From positions 6,919 to 70,918 of IMG/VR virus record IMGVR_UViG_3300010370_005113: DNA of 64,000 bases. One strand, written 5' to 3'. The position numbers were made by a program, and so were the translations under genes. Every line of letters begins with the position of its first letter. Within the stretch, counting starts at the first letter, position 1. Shown here in pieces: positions 38,516 to 47,103 of the stretch. The notes beneath the pieces were generated by a model, which was not told where the DNA came from, ran no database searches, and was given only the letters and a program-made list of their open reading frames with translations. Source of the stretch: a virus.

Positions 38516-39166
38516 ATGAGAAAACTACTTCATGTTGTAAACATTAATGATTTCTTTCCAGAACTCTTTGCACTTTGCTTTCCGACAATTCAAGCATATG
38601 CAAGAAGAAATGGATATGCAATCAATATGATTACAGAACGAAAGTTTCCTGATTATCCAATCAACTATGAGAAGATGCAGGTCTATGAAGATGGAAAGGG
38701 ATATGACTTAAATCTTCTGGTGGATGCTGATATGCTTATTCATCCAGGCTTTCCTGATGTTGCACAGATCGTTCCACCTCATCGTGTTGGGTTTAACGAC
38801 AACTACAATATTAGCTCTAAGTTCCACACAGACCGCCTAGATTACTTTCTAAGAGACGGGAGGGACATTGGTATCGCAACCAACTTTGTGGTGTCTTACA
38901 GGTCCACACACGATGTCTGGGAACCACTTCCATACACTGCATCAGAGATTGAAGAACTATCCATCAAAGGACTGAACCATCGTGGTTGGGGACACTACGC
39001 CGATGAGTTCTGTCTGTCTCATAATCTAGCAAAGTATGGATTGAAGTATTCTGGAATTACCTGGGAAGATTGGATGAGACCTTTTCTTATTCATACTGGA
39101 ACTGGTGATAAACAAGAAGCACTTGCAATTGCACAGCAAACATTGGAACTTTGGAAAAAACTATGA
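38516..39166 (+). CDS. Putative GT-A glycosyltransferase
   Basis: YEKMQ...LLVDADMLI DxD motif. Confidence 0.6.
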   Translation: MRKLLHVVNINDFFPELFALCFPTIQAYARRNGYAINMITERKFPDYPINYEKMQVYEDGKGYDLNLLVDADMLIHPGFPDVAQIVPPHRVGFNDNYNISSKFHTDRLDYFLRDGRDIGIATNFVVSYRSTHDVWEPLPYTASEIEELSIKGLNHRGWGHYADEFCLSHNLAKYGLKYSGITWEDWMRPFLIHTGTGDKQEALAIAQQTLELWKKL

Positions 39167-39978
39167 AAGTTATTGATGCATTTTCTTTTTTCAATGAGTT
39201 TGAAATATTAAAGTTAAGATTGAATTATCTTAAGGATGTTGTTGATTATTTTTTAATTTGTGAAGGAAAGTATACTTATTCTGGAGAGGAAAAAATTTAT
39301 TATTTGGAGGCGATTAAACATGAATTACCAGAAGAAATCTTAAATAAGATTATTTCTATTCATTATGAACCTGATATTAGTCAGTATAATTTTCCGTATA
39401 AGGTAGAACAATTTAATCCAGACAACGATAATTGGAAATTTGAAAAAGACCAAAGAGATTATATTAGTCATTCTTTATCAACATTTGCAAAGAATGATTT
39501 GTTTATCTATAGTGATGTAGATGAAATCCCAAACAAAGAACTCATTCAACACATTAAATCTCATCAAGTACCAGAAGATTTTTGTGCTTCAGTAGACCAG
39601 GAAGTTTTCTATTATAACTTTCATACAAAAACTGATGAGAGTTGGAAAGGAACGATTATCTCCACAGTATCAAATGCTGTTCAGTATGGTTGCGATTATT
39701 TCAGAGCAAATCGGTATCAGTTTAGACCCTATCAAAAAGGAGGATGGCATTTTTCTTTCTTTGGAAATGAGAACAAAATCAAACATAAGATAAAGTCATT
39801 CTCTCATCAAGAATACAATCAAGACAGATACACTCAAAATATCAGCAATCTTATTAATTCCAAACAAGATTTGTTTCATAGAGACATTCAGTTCAACTCT
39901 TATAATTTTAATGATTTTCCAAAAGAACTTCAGGATGTGATTATCTCAATCTTTCCTAAACATTATATTGTAAAATGA
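39163..39978 (+). CDS. GT17-like (beta-1,4-GlcNAc transferase family) glycosyltransferase
   Basis: DAFSFFNE..LKLRL, SDVDEIP, GGWHFSF and KIKSFSHQE motifs. Confidence 0.85.
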   Translation: MKVIDAFSFFNEFEILKLRLNYLKDVVDYFLICEGKYTYSGEEKIYYLEAIKHELPEEILNKIISIHYEPDISQYNFPYKVEQFNPDNDNWKFEKDQRDYISHSLSTFAKNDLFIYSDVDEIPNKELIQHIKSHQVPEDFCASVDQEVFYYNFHTKTDESWKGTIISTVSNAVQYGCDYFRANRYQFRPYQKGGWHFSFFGNENKIKHKIKSFSHQEYNQDRYTQNISNLINSKQDLFHRDIQFNSYNFNDFPKELQDVIISIFPKHYIVK

Positions 39979-40592
39979 AAACACAGTTTCGTAAGAACTT
40001 AATTGTTGTTGATAACTTCTACTCCAATCCCGATGCAGTTCGTGAGTTTGCACTGAATGCAGAGTATGAGGAACGTGGAGGAAAGAACTGGCCAGGAAGA
40101 GATAGTTTATATGAGCACGGGAAAGAAGAACTTACAAAGATGTGTTCTCAAATTGTAGGAGAACAACTGACCACAAAACCATGTAACAAGTGCTCTTATT
40201 TCCGTATGACCAAAGAGGGTGAATATGGAACTCAAGACATTCACTTTGACCCAAATCCAGGACTAGTTTGGGCAGGAGTGATTTATCTTACTCCAACCAC
40301 TCATCCTACAGGTGGTACAAAGTTCTGGAAACATAAACAAACTGGATGGGAATTTGCACCAACTCAGGAGGAAGCAGCACAACATGGTGTACATTCTCAT
40401 GGAGATATGGTAAAATTCTTTAATACTGATGGGAAAGATAGAAGTAAGTGGATAGAAACTGATAATATTAGTTTTAAACACAATCGTCTCGTATTGTTCA
40501 ATCCATTTATGTTTCATTCCAATGGTGATTGGTTCGGTACAACAAATCATGATGCACGTTTAGTTCAATTGCTATTTTTCCATGGAGTATAA
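39975..40592 (+). CDS. 2OG-Fe(II) oxygenase-like protein (DUF6445-like)
   Basis: VVDNFYSNPDAVR, WPGRDS, IHFD, GGTKFW, NRLVLF..FHS. Confidence 0.7.
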   Translation: MKTQFRKNLIVVDNFYSNPDAVREFALNAEYEERGGKNWPGRDSLYEHGKEELTKMCSQIVGEQLTTKPCNKCSYFRMTKEGEYGTQDIHFDPNPGLVWAGVIYLTPTTHPTGGTKFWKHKQTGWEFAPTQEEAAQHGVHSHGDMVKFFNTDGKDRSKWIETDNISFKHNRLVLFNPFMFHSNGDWFGTTNHDARLVQLLFFHGV

Positions 40593-40995
40593 AACAAGAG
40601 AGTGTGGAGAGTGCAATCTCTGCTGTAAGTGGCTCAGTCACGAAGTTTATGGGCAATGGGTTACTCCTGATAATCCATGTCGGTTTGTAAGAGATTGCTG
40701 CACAATTTATGAAGACCGACCATTGCAATGTAGAACCTATCACTGTGCATGGTTACAAGGATTACTTCCAGAGTGGATGTATCCTCACCTAATTGGTATC
40801 ATCGTAAGCGTAAAGAACTGGCCAGGTGGTCAGTATCTTGAAGTGAGTGAAGCGGGAAAACCATTAACGATTGAAGTTCTTTCTTGGATATTAAAGATGA
40901 ATGTGCCTGTTAAATATCAACTACATAGAACGTGGAATTTAGTCGGTCCTGAAGAATTTAAACAATTTATTGCAAAACAAAATGAAACTATCTGA
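40582..40995 (+). CDS. YkgJ-like CxxCxxCC cysteine-cluster protein
   Basis: CGECNLCC...CRF...CTIYEDRP..CRTYHC. Confidence 0.8.
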   Translation: MEYKTRECGECNLCCKWLSHEVYGQWVTPDNPCRFVRDCCTIYEDRPLQCRTYHCAWLQGLLPEWMYPHLIGIIVSVKNWPGGQYLEVSEAGKPLTIEVLSWILKMNVPVKYQLHRTWNLVGPEEFKQFIAKQNETI

Positions 40996-41623
40996 AGTTT
41001 ATTATTCTCATACTGGTCGTATCAGTGATAAATGGAAACACTACTTTGATTATTATGATCGGCACCTTGGACGATTTGTAGGAAAACAATTTACTCTTCT
41101 TGAGATTGGAGTTCAGTGTGGTGGTTCACTGCAAGTCTGGAAGAAGTATTTTGGTCCTGGGGTAAAGATTGTTGGTATTGATATCGACCCTCGAACCAAA
41201 TTTGAAGAACCACAAATTCAAGTAGAAATTGGAAGTCAAAGTGACCATGAGTTTCTTAAGATGGTTGCTCAAAAGCACGGACCTTTTGATGTAATTATTG
41301 ATGATGGTTCTCATATTCAAACTGATATAATGGCGTCTTTTGTTAGTCTTTATTCGCAACTTAAAGACCGTGGTGTTTATGTGGTTGAAGATACTCATAC
41401 ATCTCTTTGGGGTAATTTTAATGGTGGTATCAAAAATCCAAACAACTTTGTAGAGATTGCAAGTCGTTTTGCGATGGATGTAAACCGTGAGTTTGCTGAA
41501 GAGCATTATCCAATCTCAATTCCAGACCTAAAAGAGATTTGTTTTTACAACTCAATGATTTTTATTGAGAAAGAAAACACACCAAAAGCAGAACCATGCA
41601 GAGTGGGAACTCAATCACACTAA
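40982..41623 (+). CDS. Class I SAM methyltransferase (sugar O-methyltransferase-like)
   Basis: LLEIGVQCGGSL, GIDID, DVIIDDGSH and GVYVVED motifs. Confidence 0.88.
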   Translation: MKLSEVYYSHTGRISDKWKHYFDYYDRHLGRFVGKQFTLLEIGVQCGGSLQVWKKYFGPGVKIVGIDIDPRTKFEEPQIQVEIGSQSDHEFLKMVAQKHGPFDVIIDDGSHIQTDIMASFVSLYSQLKDRGVYVVEDTHTSLWGNFNGGIKNPNNFVEIASRFAMDVNREFAEEHYPISIPDLKEICFYNSMIFIEKENTPKAEPCRVGTQSH

Positions 41624-42351
41624 TGAACAATTGGTTTTTAATTACATCATCCATTAATGTTCAGCATGGAGTGTTTGATGAGCAAAAAAGATTTCAACAA
41701 ACACTTGTAACAATTGCAAGTATTCGTAAGAGATGTGAGAATTCTAAAATTGTTCTCATAGAAGGTGCTCCAAATTCACTCACACCAGAACAATTAAAAG
41801 TATTTGAGAATACTTGTGATATTGTAATGGACTTATCCAACACAGAGTTTATTCAGTTTGCTCATAGAACTCAAGATATAGAAACACTAAAGCATCCTGG
41901 CGAATTATATCTGTTGGGTTCTTTTATGAGCCAACAGAATATGATTTCAGAGAACGATAGAGTTTATAAAATCAGTGGTCGCTATTATCTCAACTCAAAC
42001 TTCAATTTTCATCTGCACACTGCTGCAAAGAATAAAATCGTGATGGGGCATAAGAAGAAATCTTATGGTTATTATGATATAAAATCAGGGGAACAAATGC
42101 CTGCGATTACTGACTATAACTATAAGACAAGATTATATTCTTTCTGTGGTTCATTAGCAGATTATATGAAGAATAAGTACCAGGAGATGTTTGATTTTAT
42201 TCTACCATTTTATGATACTGGTGGATTTACTGATATTGAACACATCATGTATAAGTTTTTAGACCACGATAAAGTGATTGAGATGGAACCTCTTGGAGTG
42301 AGTGGTATTTTTGCAAATGGTAGAGATGGAGACAAAGAAGTCAATGACTAA
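41623..42351 (+). CDS. Hypothetical glycan-cluster protein (GT-like)
   Basis: ITSSIN...RFQQTL.TI.SIR and YKISGRY motifs; TAATG coupling. Confidence 0.5.
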   Translation: MNNWFLITSSINVQHGVFDEQKRFQQTLVTIASIRKRCENSKIVLIEGAPNSLTPEQLKVFENTCDIVMDLSNTEFIQFAHRTQDIETLKHPGELYLLGSFMSQQNMISENDRVYKISGRYYLNSNFNFHLHTAAKNKIVMGHKKKSYGYYDIKSGEQMPAITDYNYKTRLYSFCGSLADYMKNKYQEMFDFILPFYDTGGFTDIEHIMYKFLDHDKVIEMEPLGVSGIFANGRDGDKEVND

Positions 42352-42973
42352 GATTGCAATTTTTTATCATCTGTATCAAACAGATACTGCACAATTCATT
42401 TACCAACAACAGATGCATCGGTTGTATACATCTGGATTGGTTGATGCGGCAGAGTTTATTCATATCGGAATTAGTGGAGAACATGAGTTGTTCTCTAAGC
42501 CAAGAAATGCAATCGTTCAGTACAATGATTTTAAAGGTGATGAAGGTGGAACAATGGTTTCCATGATGGAATTCATTATGAAAAACCCCGACTATAAAGT
42601 TCTATTCTTTCATGGAAAAGGTGCAAGTAAGAATGATATGTACCATCCACAACTCCAAGCATGGCGATTGTTCATGGAGTATTATGTGATTGATAAGTGG
42701 AAGCAGTGTTTGTTTCACTTGAATGAATACAACTGCGTGAGTGTAAAGGTGAGAGAAAAACCACTTCCGCACTTTAGTGGTAATTTCTGGTGGGCAAATG
42801 CAGATTATCTACAAACACTTAATCATGATTTGTTATTCACTCGTGGATTTGAAAGTAAAGTAGACCGTGAACTTTGGATTGGAACTGGTGACTTCAGACC
42901 AAAAGATTTGCATCCTGTTGATATCAATCTAAGTATGCACTCAACAATCTACACTGAAGATAATTATCTATGA
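42344..42973 (+). CDS. Hypothetical glycan-cluster protein
   Basis: IFYH, LFFHGKG, HFSGNFWWA and RELWIG motifs; overlapping operon structure. Confidence 0.5.
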   Translation: MTKIAIFYHLYQTDTAQFIYQQQMHRLYTSGLVDAAEFIHIGISGEHELFSKPRNAIVQYNDFKGDEGGTMVSMMEFIMKNPDYKVLFFHGKGASKNDMYHPQLQAWRLFMEYYVIDKWKQCLFHLNEYNCVSVKVREKPLPHFSGNFWWANADYLQTLNHDLLFTRGFESKVDRELWIGTGDFRPKDLHPVDINLSMHSTIYTEDNYL

Positions 42974-43731
42974 TTAATGTTCTTGATTATTCTAGATTGA
43001 ATTCAGAATTCATTAACGCAAAGCCTTTTCATCATGCGGTGATGGATAATTTCTTTGATGAAGAAACTGCACTTGCAATTAGTCATGAGTTTCCTGATTA
43101 CAATTCGGATGTTTGGTATGTTTATGATAATCCATTAGAGAAGAAAAGAACCTGTAATTCTTGGGAGACATTTTCTAAAAATACTTACTCTGTGTTTTGC
43201 TATTTGAACTCACCAGAGTTCATTGCAAAACTCAAAAAGATTACTGGAATTAAAAAACTTTATCCAGACATTGGATTGCATGGTGGTGGTATGCACATTC
43301 ATGGTCAAGGGGATAAGTTAAATGTTCATCTTGATTATTCTATTCATCCAAAACTTAAACTTCAAAGAAAGTTAAATCTTATCATTTATCTTGGAGAAAA
43401 CTGGAATCCAGAATGGGGTGGGCAGTTAGAGTTTTGGTCATCAGATAAAAAACAATGTGTGACTTCTATTGATACATTGTTCAATCGTGCGGTCATCTTT
43501 GATACAACACAGAATTCTTATCATGGACTACCAAGCCCTTTAAAATGCCCAGATAATTATTATCGTAAAAGTATTGCAGTCTATTATCTTACGGAACCAG
43601 AAAAGAACTGTCCGACACATTCAAAAGCAATCTATATTCCAACAGAAGAACAAAAGAACAATCCAGAAATTCAAGACATTATTCGTAAGAGAGCGAGTAT
43701 GATTACTGTAAAAGAGGTTTATAAACTATGA
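42970..43731 (+). CDS. 2OG-Fe(II) oxygenase
   Basis: PFHHAVMDNF, LHGGG, HLD, WGGQLEFW, SYHG and RKSIA motifs. Confidence 0.9.
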   Translation: MINVLDYSRLNSEFINAKPFHHAVMDNFFDEETALAISHEFPDYNSDVWYVYDNPLEKKRTCNSWETFSKNTYSVFCYLNSPEFIAKLKKITGIKKLYPDIGLHGGGMHIHGQGDKLNVHLDYSIHPKLKLQRKLNLIIYLGENWNPEWGGQLEFWSSDKKQCVTSIDTLFNRAVIFDTTQNSYHGLPSPLKCPDNYYRKSIAVYYLTEPEKNCPTHSKAIYIPTEEQKNNPEIQDIIRKRASMITVKEVYKL

Positions 43732-44123
43732 AAGTTTTTGTAAATGGGACATTTGATGTTCTTCACCGTGGGCATTTAGAGTTACTCAACTATGCAAAGT
43801 CATTAGGTGATTATTTGTATGTTGCAATTGATAATGATTTGCGAATACAAGAAAAGAAAGGACCATCAAGACCAGTTCATTCTTTAGAGGAAAGAACGTT
43901 TCACTTAGAAAATCTCAAAGCAGTTGATGCTGTTCTTTCTTTTGGAAGTGATGAACAACTTGAGGGTCTTGTAAAAATCATAGAACCTGATATAATGGTA
44001 GTAGGTAGTGATTGGAAAGGAAAACCAGTTATTGGTTCTCAATATGCAAAAGAACTTAAGTTTTTTGATAGAATAGATGGATACTCAACAACAAAAATCA
44101 TTCAAAGTATTATTAATCGGTGA
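43728..44123 (+). CDS. hldC: Heptose-1-phosphate nucleotidyltransferase (HldE/RfaE domain II-like)
   Basis: NGTFDVLHRGH (HxGH), KGPSRP, VVGSDW and YSTT motifs. Confidence 0.82.
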   Translation: MKVFVNGTFDVLHRGHLELLNYAKSLGDYLYVAIDNDLRIQEKKGPSRPVHSLEERTFHLENLKAVDAVLSFGSDEQLEGLVKIIEPDIMVVGSDWKGKPVIGSQYAKELKFFDRIDGYSTTKIIQSIINR

Positions 44124-44832
44124 TAGTTGCACCGACCTTTATATCTACGGAGAAGTCAGGCGATTAAATCCAGAAGCACCAGTTCCCATTCTCAACTATA
44201 AGAGAACAGAAACACGTCAGGGAATGGCGTGGAATGTTTATAATAATCTTAAAGCATTTGGTCTTGAAGTTTATATGATGACCAATGAAGAAAAGATTAC
44301 AAAGACAAGATACATTGATGAAAAGACCAATCAACAAATTCTTCGTGTAGATGATGAAGTTTTTTGTAAACCAATGGAATATCTTATTCCAGATGAGACC
44401 TATGATGCAGTCGTCATTAGTGATTACAGTAAAGGGTTTGTAAAAAGTAGTTCAATGTTTGAGATTGCACATGGAACCAAGTGCCCCGTCTTCATTGATA
44501 CTAAACGAACTATTGTTCCTTCTTATGGTTGCTATGTGAAGGTTAATGATTTAGAATATAGCAAACTGACGGAGAAGCATGATAATCTCATCATCACTCG
44601 TGGAGGTGAAGGTGCAGAGTATGATGGAGTTCTGTATCCAGCAGAAAAAGTAAATGTCTATGATGTAGTCGGTGCAGGTGATACATTTCTTGCTGCACTG
44701 ACTTATGGTTACTTAAAGTATGGCTCAATTCAAGAAGCAATTCCACTTGCAAATAAAGCTGCAGCAATTGCAGTATCAAACCCAGGAACTTATGTACTGA
44801 CGGAAGATGACGTTAAAAACTTATGTGATTGA
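44077..44832 (+). CDS. hldA: Heptose-7-phosphate kinase (HldE/RfaE domain I, PfkB family)
   Basis: IGD..D.Y.YG...RLNPEAPVP, ISDYSKG and DVVGAGDTF motifs. Confidence 0.88.
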   Translation: MDTQQQKSFKVLLIGDSCTDLYIYGEVRRLNPEAPVPILNYKRTETRQGMAWNVYNNLKAFGLEVYMMTNEEKITKTRYIDEKTNQQILRVDDEVFCKPMEYLIPDETYDAVVISDYSKGFVKSSSMFEIAHGTKCPVFIDTKRTIVPSYGCYVKVNDLEYSKLTEKHDNLIITRGGEGAEYDGVLYPAEKVNVYDVVGAGDTFLAALTYGYLKYGSIQEAIPLANKAAAIAVSNPGTYVLTEDDVKNLCD

Positions 44833-45142
44833 TATTGATGGGACCATCTGTGATAAAGATGTGTGCCGTGAAGATGGTGACTATGAAACCAGTATTGCAA
44901 AACCAGAAAGAATTGCAATGATTAACTCATTGTATGATGAAGGGCATACAATTAAATACTTCACTGCCCGTGGAATGGGAAGATACAATTCCAGAATACG
45001 TGCTCATAAGACCTTTTATGACTTAACTTATAATCAACTTAGGTCCTGGGGATGTAAGTTTCATGAGTTAATTCTAGGTAAACCCAGCGGGGATATATAC
45101 ATTGATGATAAAGGTGTGAATGCTGATGACTTCTTCAATTGA
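44807..45142 (+). CDS. Small HAD-family phosphatase
   Basis: IDIDGTIC (DxDGT), FTARG, GKP..DIYIDDK. Confidence 0.85.
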   Translation: MTLKTYVIDIDGTICDKDVCREDGDYETSIAKPERIAMINSLYDEGHTIKYFTARGMGRYNSRIRAHKTFYDLTYNQLRSWGCKFHELILGKPSGDIYIDDKGVNADDFFN

Positions 45143-45479
45143 TTGGGTGCCTAAGGGTTGGGGCGGAGAAAAAATCATCTGTAATGGTGAAGAATACTGC
45201 GGTAAACTTTTATACTTTGTAAAAGGCAAGAAGTGCTCCTTTCATTATCATAAACTCAAGGACGAAACCTTTTACATTCAATCAGGTAAAATTCTTCTCA
45301 AATACAGTGATGAAGATGACCTTGCAAATGCACTTGAAGTTGTTCTAAACCCAGGTGATAAGTTTCATATCTATCGTGGATTGAGACACCAAATGATTGC
45401 ATTGCAAGACACAGAGCTCTTTGAGTTCTCTACTCAACACTTTGATGATGATAGTTATAGATTAATTCATGGCGACTGA
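45126..45479 (+). CDS. Cupin-fold sugar isomerase-like protein
   Basis: VPKGWG.E, CSFHYHKLKDETF, LRHQM, EFSTQHFDDDSYR. Confidence 0.75.
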   Translation: MTSSIDWVPKGWGGEKIICNGEEYCGKLLYFVKGKKCSFHYHKLKDETFYIQSGKILLKYSDEDDLANALEVVLNPGDKFHIYRGLRHQMIALQDTELFEFSTQHFDDDSYRLIHGD

Positions 45480-46290
45480 ACATTTACTTGTAATTCTTCA
45501 ATCACACTCAAGAAGTAATGCTCTTCCAGGAGCAAAGGAAGAGTTGAGATTTCCTGGTGTTCCAAAAATAGAAGTATCAAAACGTTGTATTCTTTCTTTG
45601 GTTAACTCATTGAATTATGCACGATATAAAAATCCAAATCTAGATATTCATCTGCAGGTCTTTGATGATAATTCCAGTGAGGATTTTTTGATTATATTAG
45701 AAAGAATTTTAAAACTGTCCCACTTTAAGGTAACCTTCACTCAACTTGGTGGTGTGGGAATTATGAAGTCCATTCTTGCATGTTATTCTTATGCTAGAGA
45801 CCATGGACAACAGCATGTCTACTGCGTTCAAGATGATTTCTTACACCATGAGACAGCAGTTCATTATATGCACGAGAACTATAAGAACTTCGCAGAGAAA
45901 GTAGGAAAAGACATAACTCTCACTGGAAATCATGATATGCGATATTTGATGTATCCAGATAATATTGCAGTGGGATGTAAAGTTGTTCCTGGAATAGACC
46001 AGTGCTGGAGAACAACTCATGCAAGCCAATTTACATCCATGATGACTGTAAAATTAATCAGAGACAACTGGGATTTGTTTGAAAAATTTGGAAATGTTGA
46101 ATATGATGATGGATGCTGTGAAGATAAGAGCATCAATCATCTGTATTTCTATCGTGGATATGTAGAATTCTGTCCAATTAGTTCTTTGGTTCTACAAATT
46201 CAATGGGATATTCATAAGGACTTTTATATCACTTGGGAAGAGTGGTGGAAGAAGTATGAACTCTCAAGATTTAAGATAGTCAGCGACTGA
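45469..46290 (+). CDS. GT2-like glycosyltransferase
   Basis: VFDDNS and VQDDFLH motifs; paralog of 36962-37807. Confidence 0.7.
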   Translation: MATEHLLVILQSHSRSNALPGAKEELRFPGVPKIEVSKRCILSLVNSLNYARYKNPNLDIHLQVFDDNSSEDFLIILERILKLSHFKVTFTQLGGVGIMKSILACYSYARDHGQQHVYCVQDDFLHHETAVHYMHENYKNFAEKVGKDITLTGNHDMRYLMYPDNIAVGCKVVPGIDQCWRTTHASQFTSMMTVKLIRDNWDLFEKFGNVEYDDGCCEDKSINHLYFYRGYVEFCPISSLVLQIQWDIHKDFYITWEEWWKKYELSRFKIVSD

Positions 46291-47043
46291 TAGAAACTCA
46301 TAATCAAACTTGTTATCAGCACAAGTATAAGTTTGATACTTACCTTGAAGGTGTTCTGGAAATGGAATGTATTCTATTTCTCCACCTTCTTTTTTTACGA
46401 CTAATTCTGCAACTTCTTGAAAACTGATAGGATTACCAGTACCTAAATCATAAATTCCCGATGGTGCTTCATTGTTCAATACAATGTTCACAATATCATC
46501 CACACATACAAAATCACGAAGAAACTTATCAGAACCTTCAAAGAGTTTGAGTTTACCAGTTTCTTTGATTTGCTTAGTGAACTTAGAGATAGGTGATGCC
46601 TGGTCTCCTTTATGGTCTTCACCTTCACCGTATACATTGAAATAGCGGAATGATTGAAGTGAAGAAAACTTATCTAGATTATCCTGAATGAAATAATCAA
46701 TCTGCAGTTTGGTAATTGCATAATAGTTCAGTGGATTAATCTGTCCGTTAGTATTTCCATAAACCGATGCAGAAGATGCAAACTTCACTGGAATTTGGTA
46801 TTGGATTGCATAATCAAACAACTGCAAAGTAAACGCCACATTATGATGATGTAGAGTAGCAATGTTGCGTTCTGTTGTTGATGAAATTGCACCCTGATGA
46901 AGAATGAGTGATACTTTATCCCAATCTTGAAAGGACGATAAGAACTTAAAGCAGTTATCTTTTTCAACTTGAATGACTGGTTCTGAAAGTTGTTTGAGAA
47001 AGTTTTTCCCAATAAAACCTGATGAACCTGTAAGAATAATCAT
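46264..47043 (-). CDS. hldD: ADP-L-glycero-D-manno-heptose 6-epimerase
   Basis: TGSSGFIG, HQGAISSTTE, ASSASVYG, YxxxK, RYFNVYG.GEDHKG, RDFVCVDD and KYQTYTCAD motifs. Confidence 0.9.
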   Translation of the reverse strand: MIILTGSSGFIGKNFLKQLSEPVIQVEKDNCFKFLSSFQDWDKVSLILHQGAISSTTERNIATLHHHNVAFTLQLFDYAIQYQIPVKFASSASVYGNTNGQINPLNYYAITKLQIDYFIQDNLDKFSSLQSFRYFNVYGEGEDHKGDQASPISKFTKQIKETGKLKLFEGSDKFLRDFVCVDDIVNIVLNNEAPSGIYDLGTGNPISFQEVAELVVKKEGGEIEYIPFPEHLQGKYQTYTCADNKFDYEFLSVADYLKS

Positions 47044-47057
47044 ATCAGTTTTTGGTT

Positions 47058-47086
47058 ATTATAACTTGGATAAATAAGAAAAGCAA
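47058..47086 (-). promoter_or_regulatory. Sigma70-type promoter for hldD (TTGCTT-N17-TATAAT on minus strand)
   Basis: Plus-strand ATTATA at 47058-47063 and AAGCAA at 47081-47086; the spacer contains the opposite late promoter GATAAATA (47069-47076). Confidence 0.5.
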
Positions 47087-47103
47087 GTAGTATTGTAGTT
47101 ATA

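Noticed and set aside
30024-47043. Bacterial LPS locus, chimeric contig or prophage boundary
   Set aside because: T4-type late promoters and an RCC1 paralog sit inside the cluster, gene packing is continuous with phage genes, and no integrase or host housekeeping genes appear.
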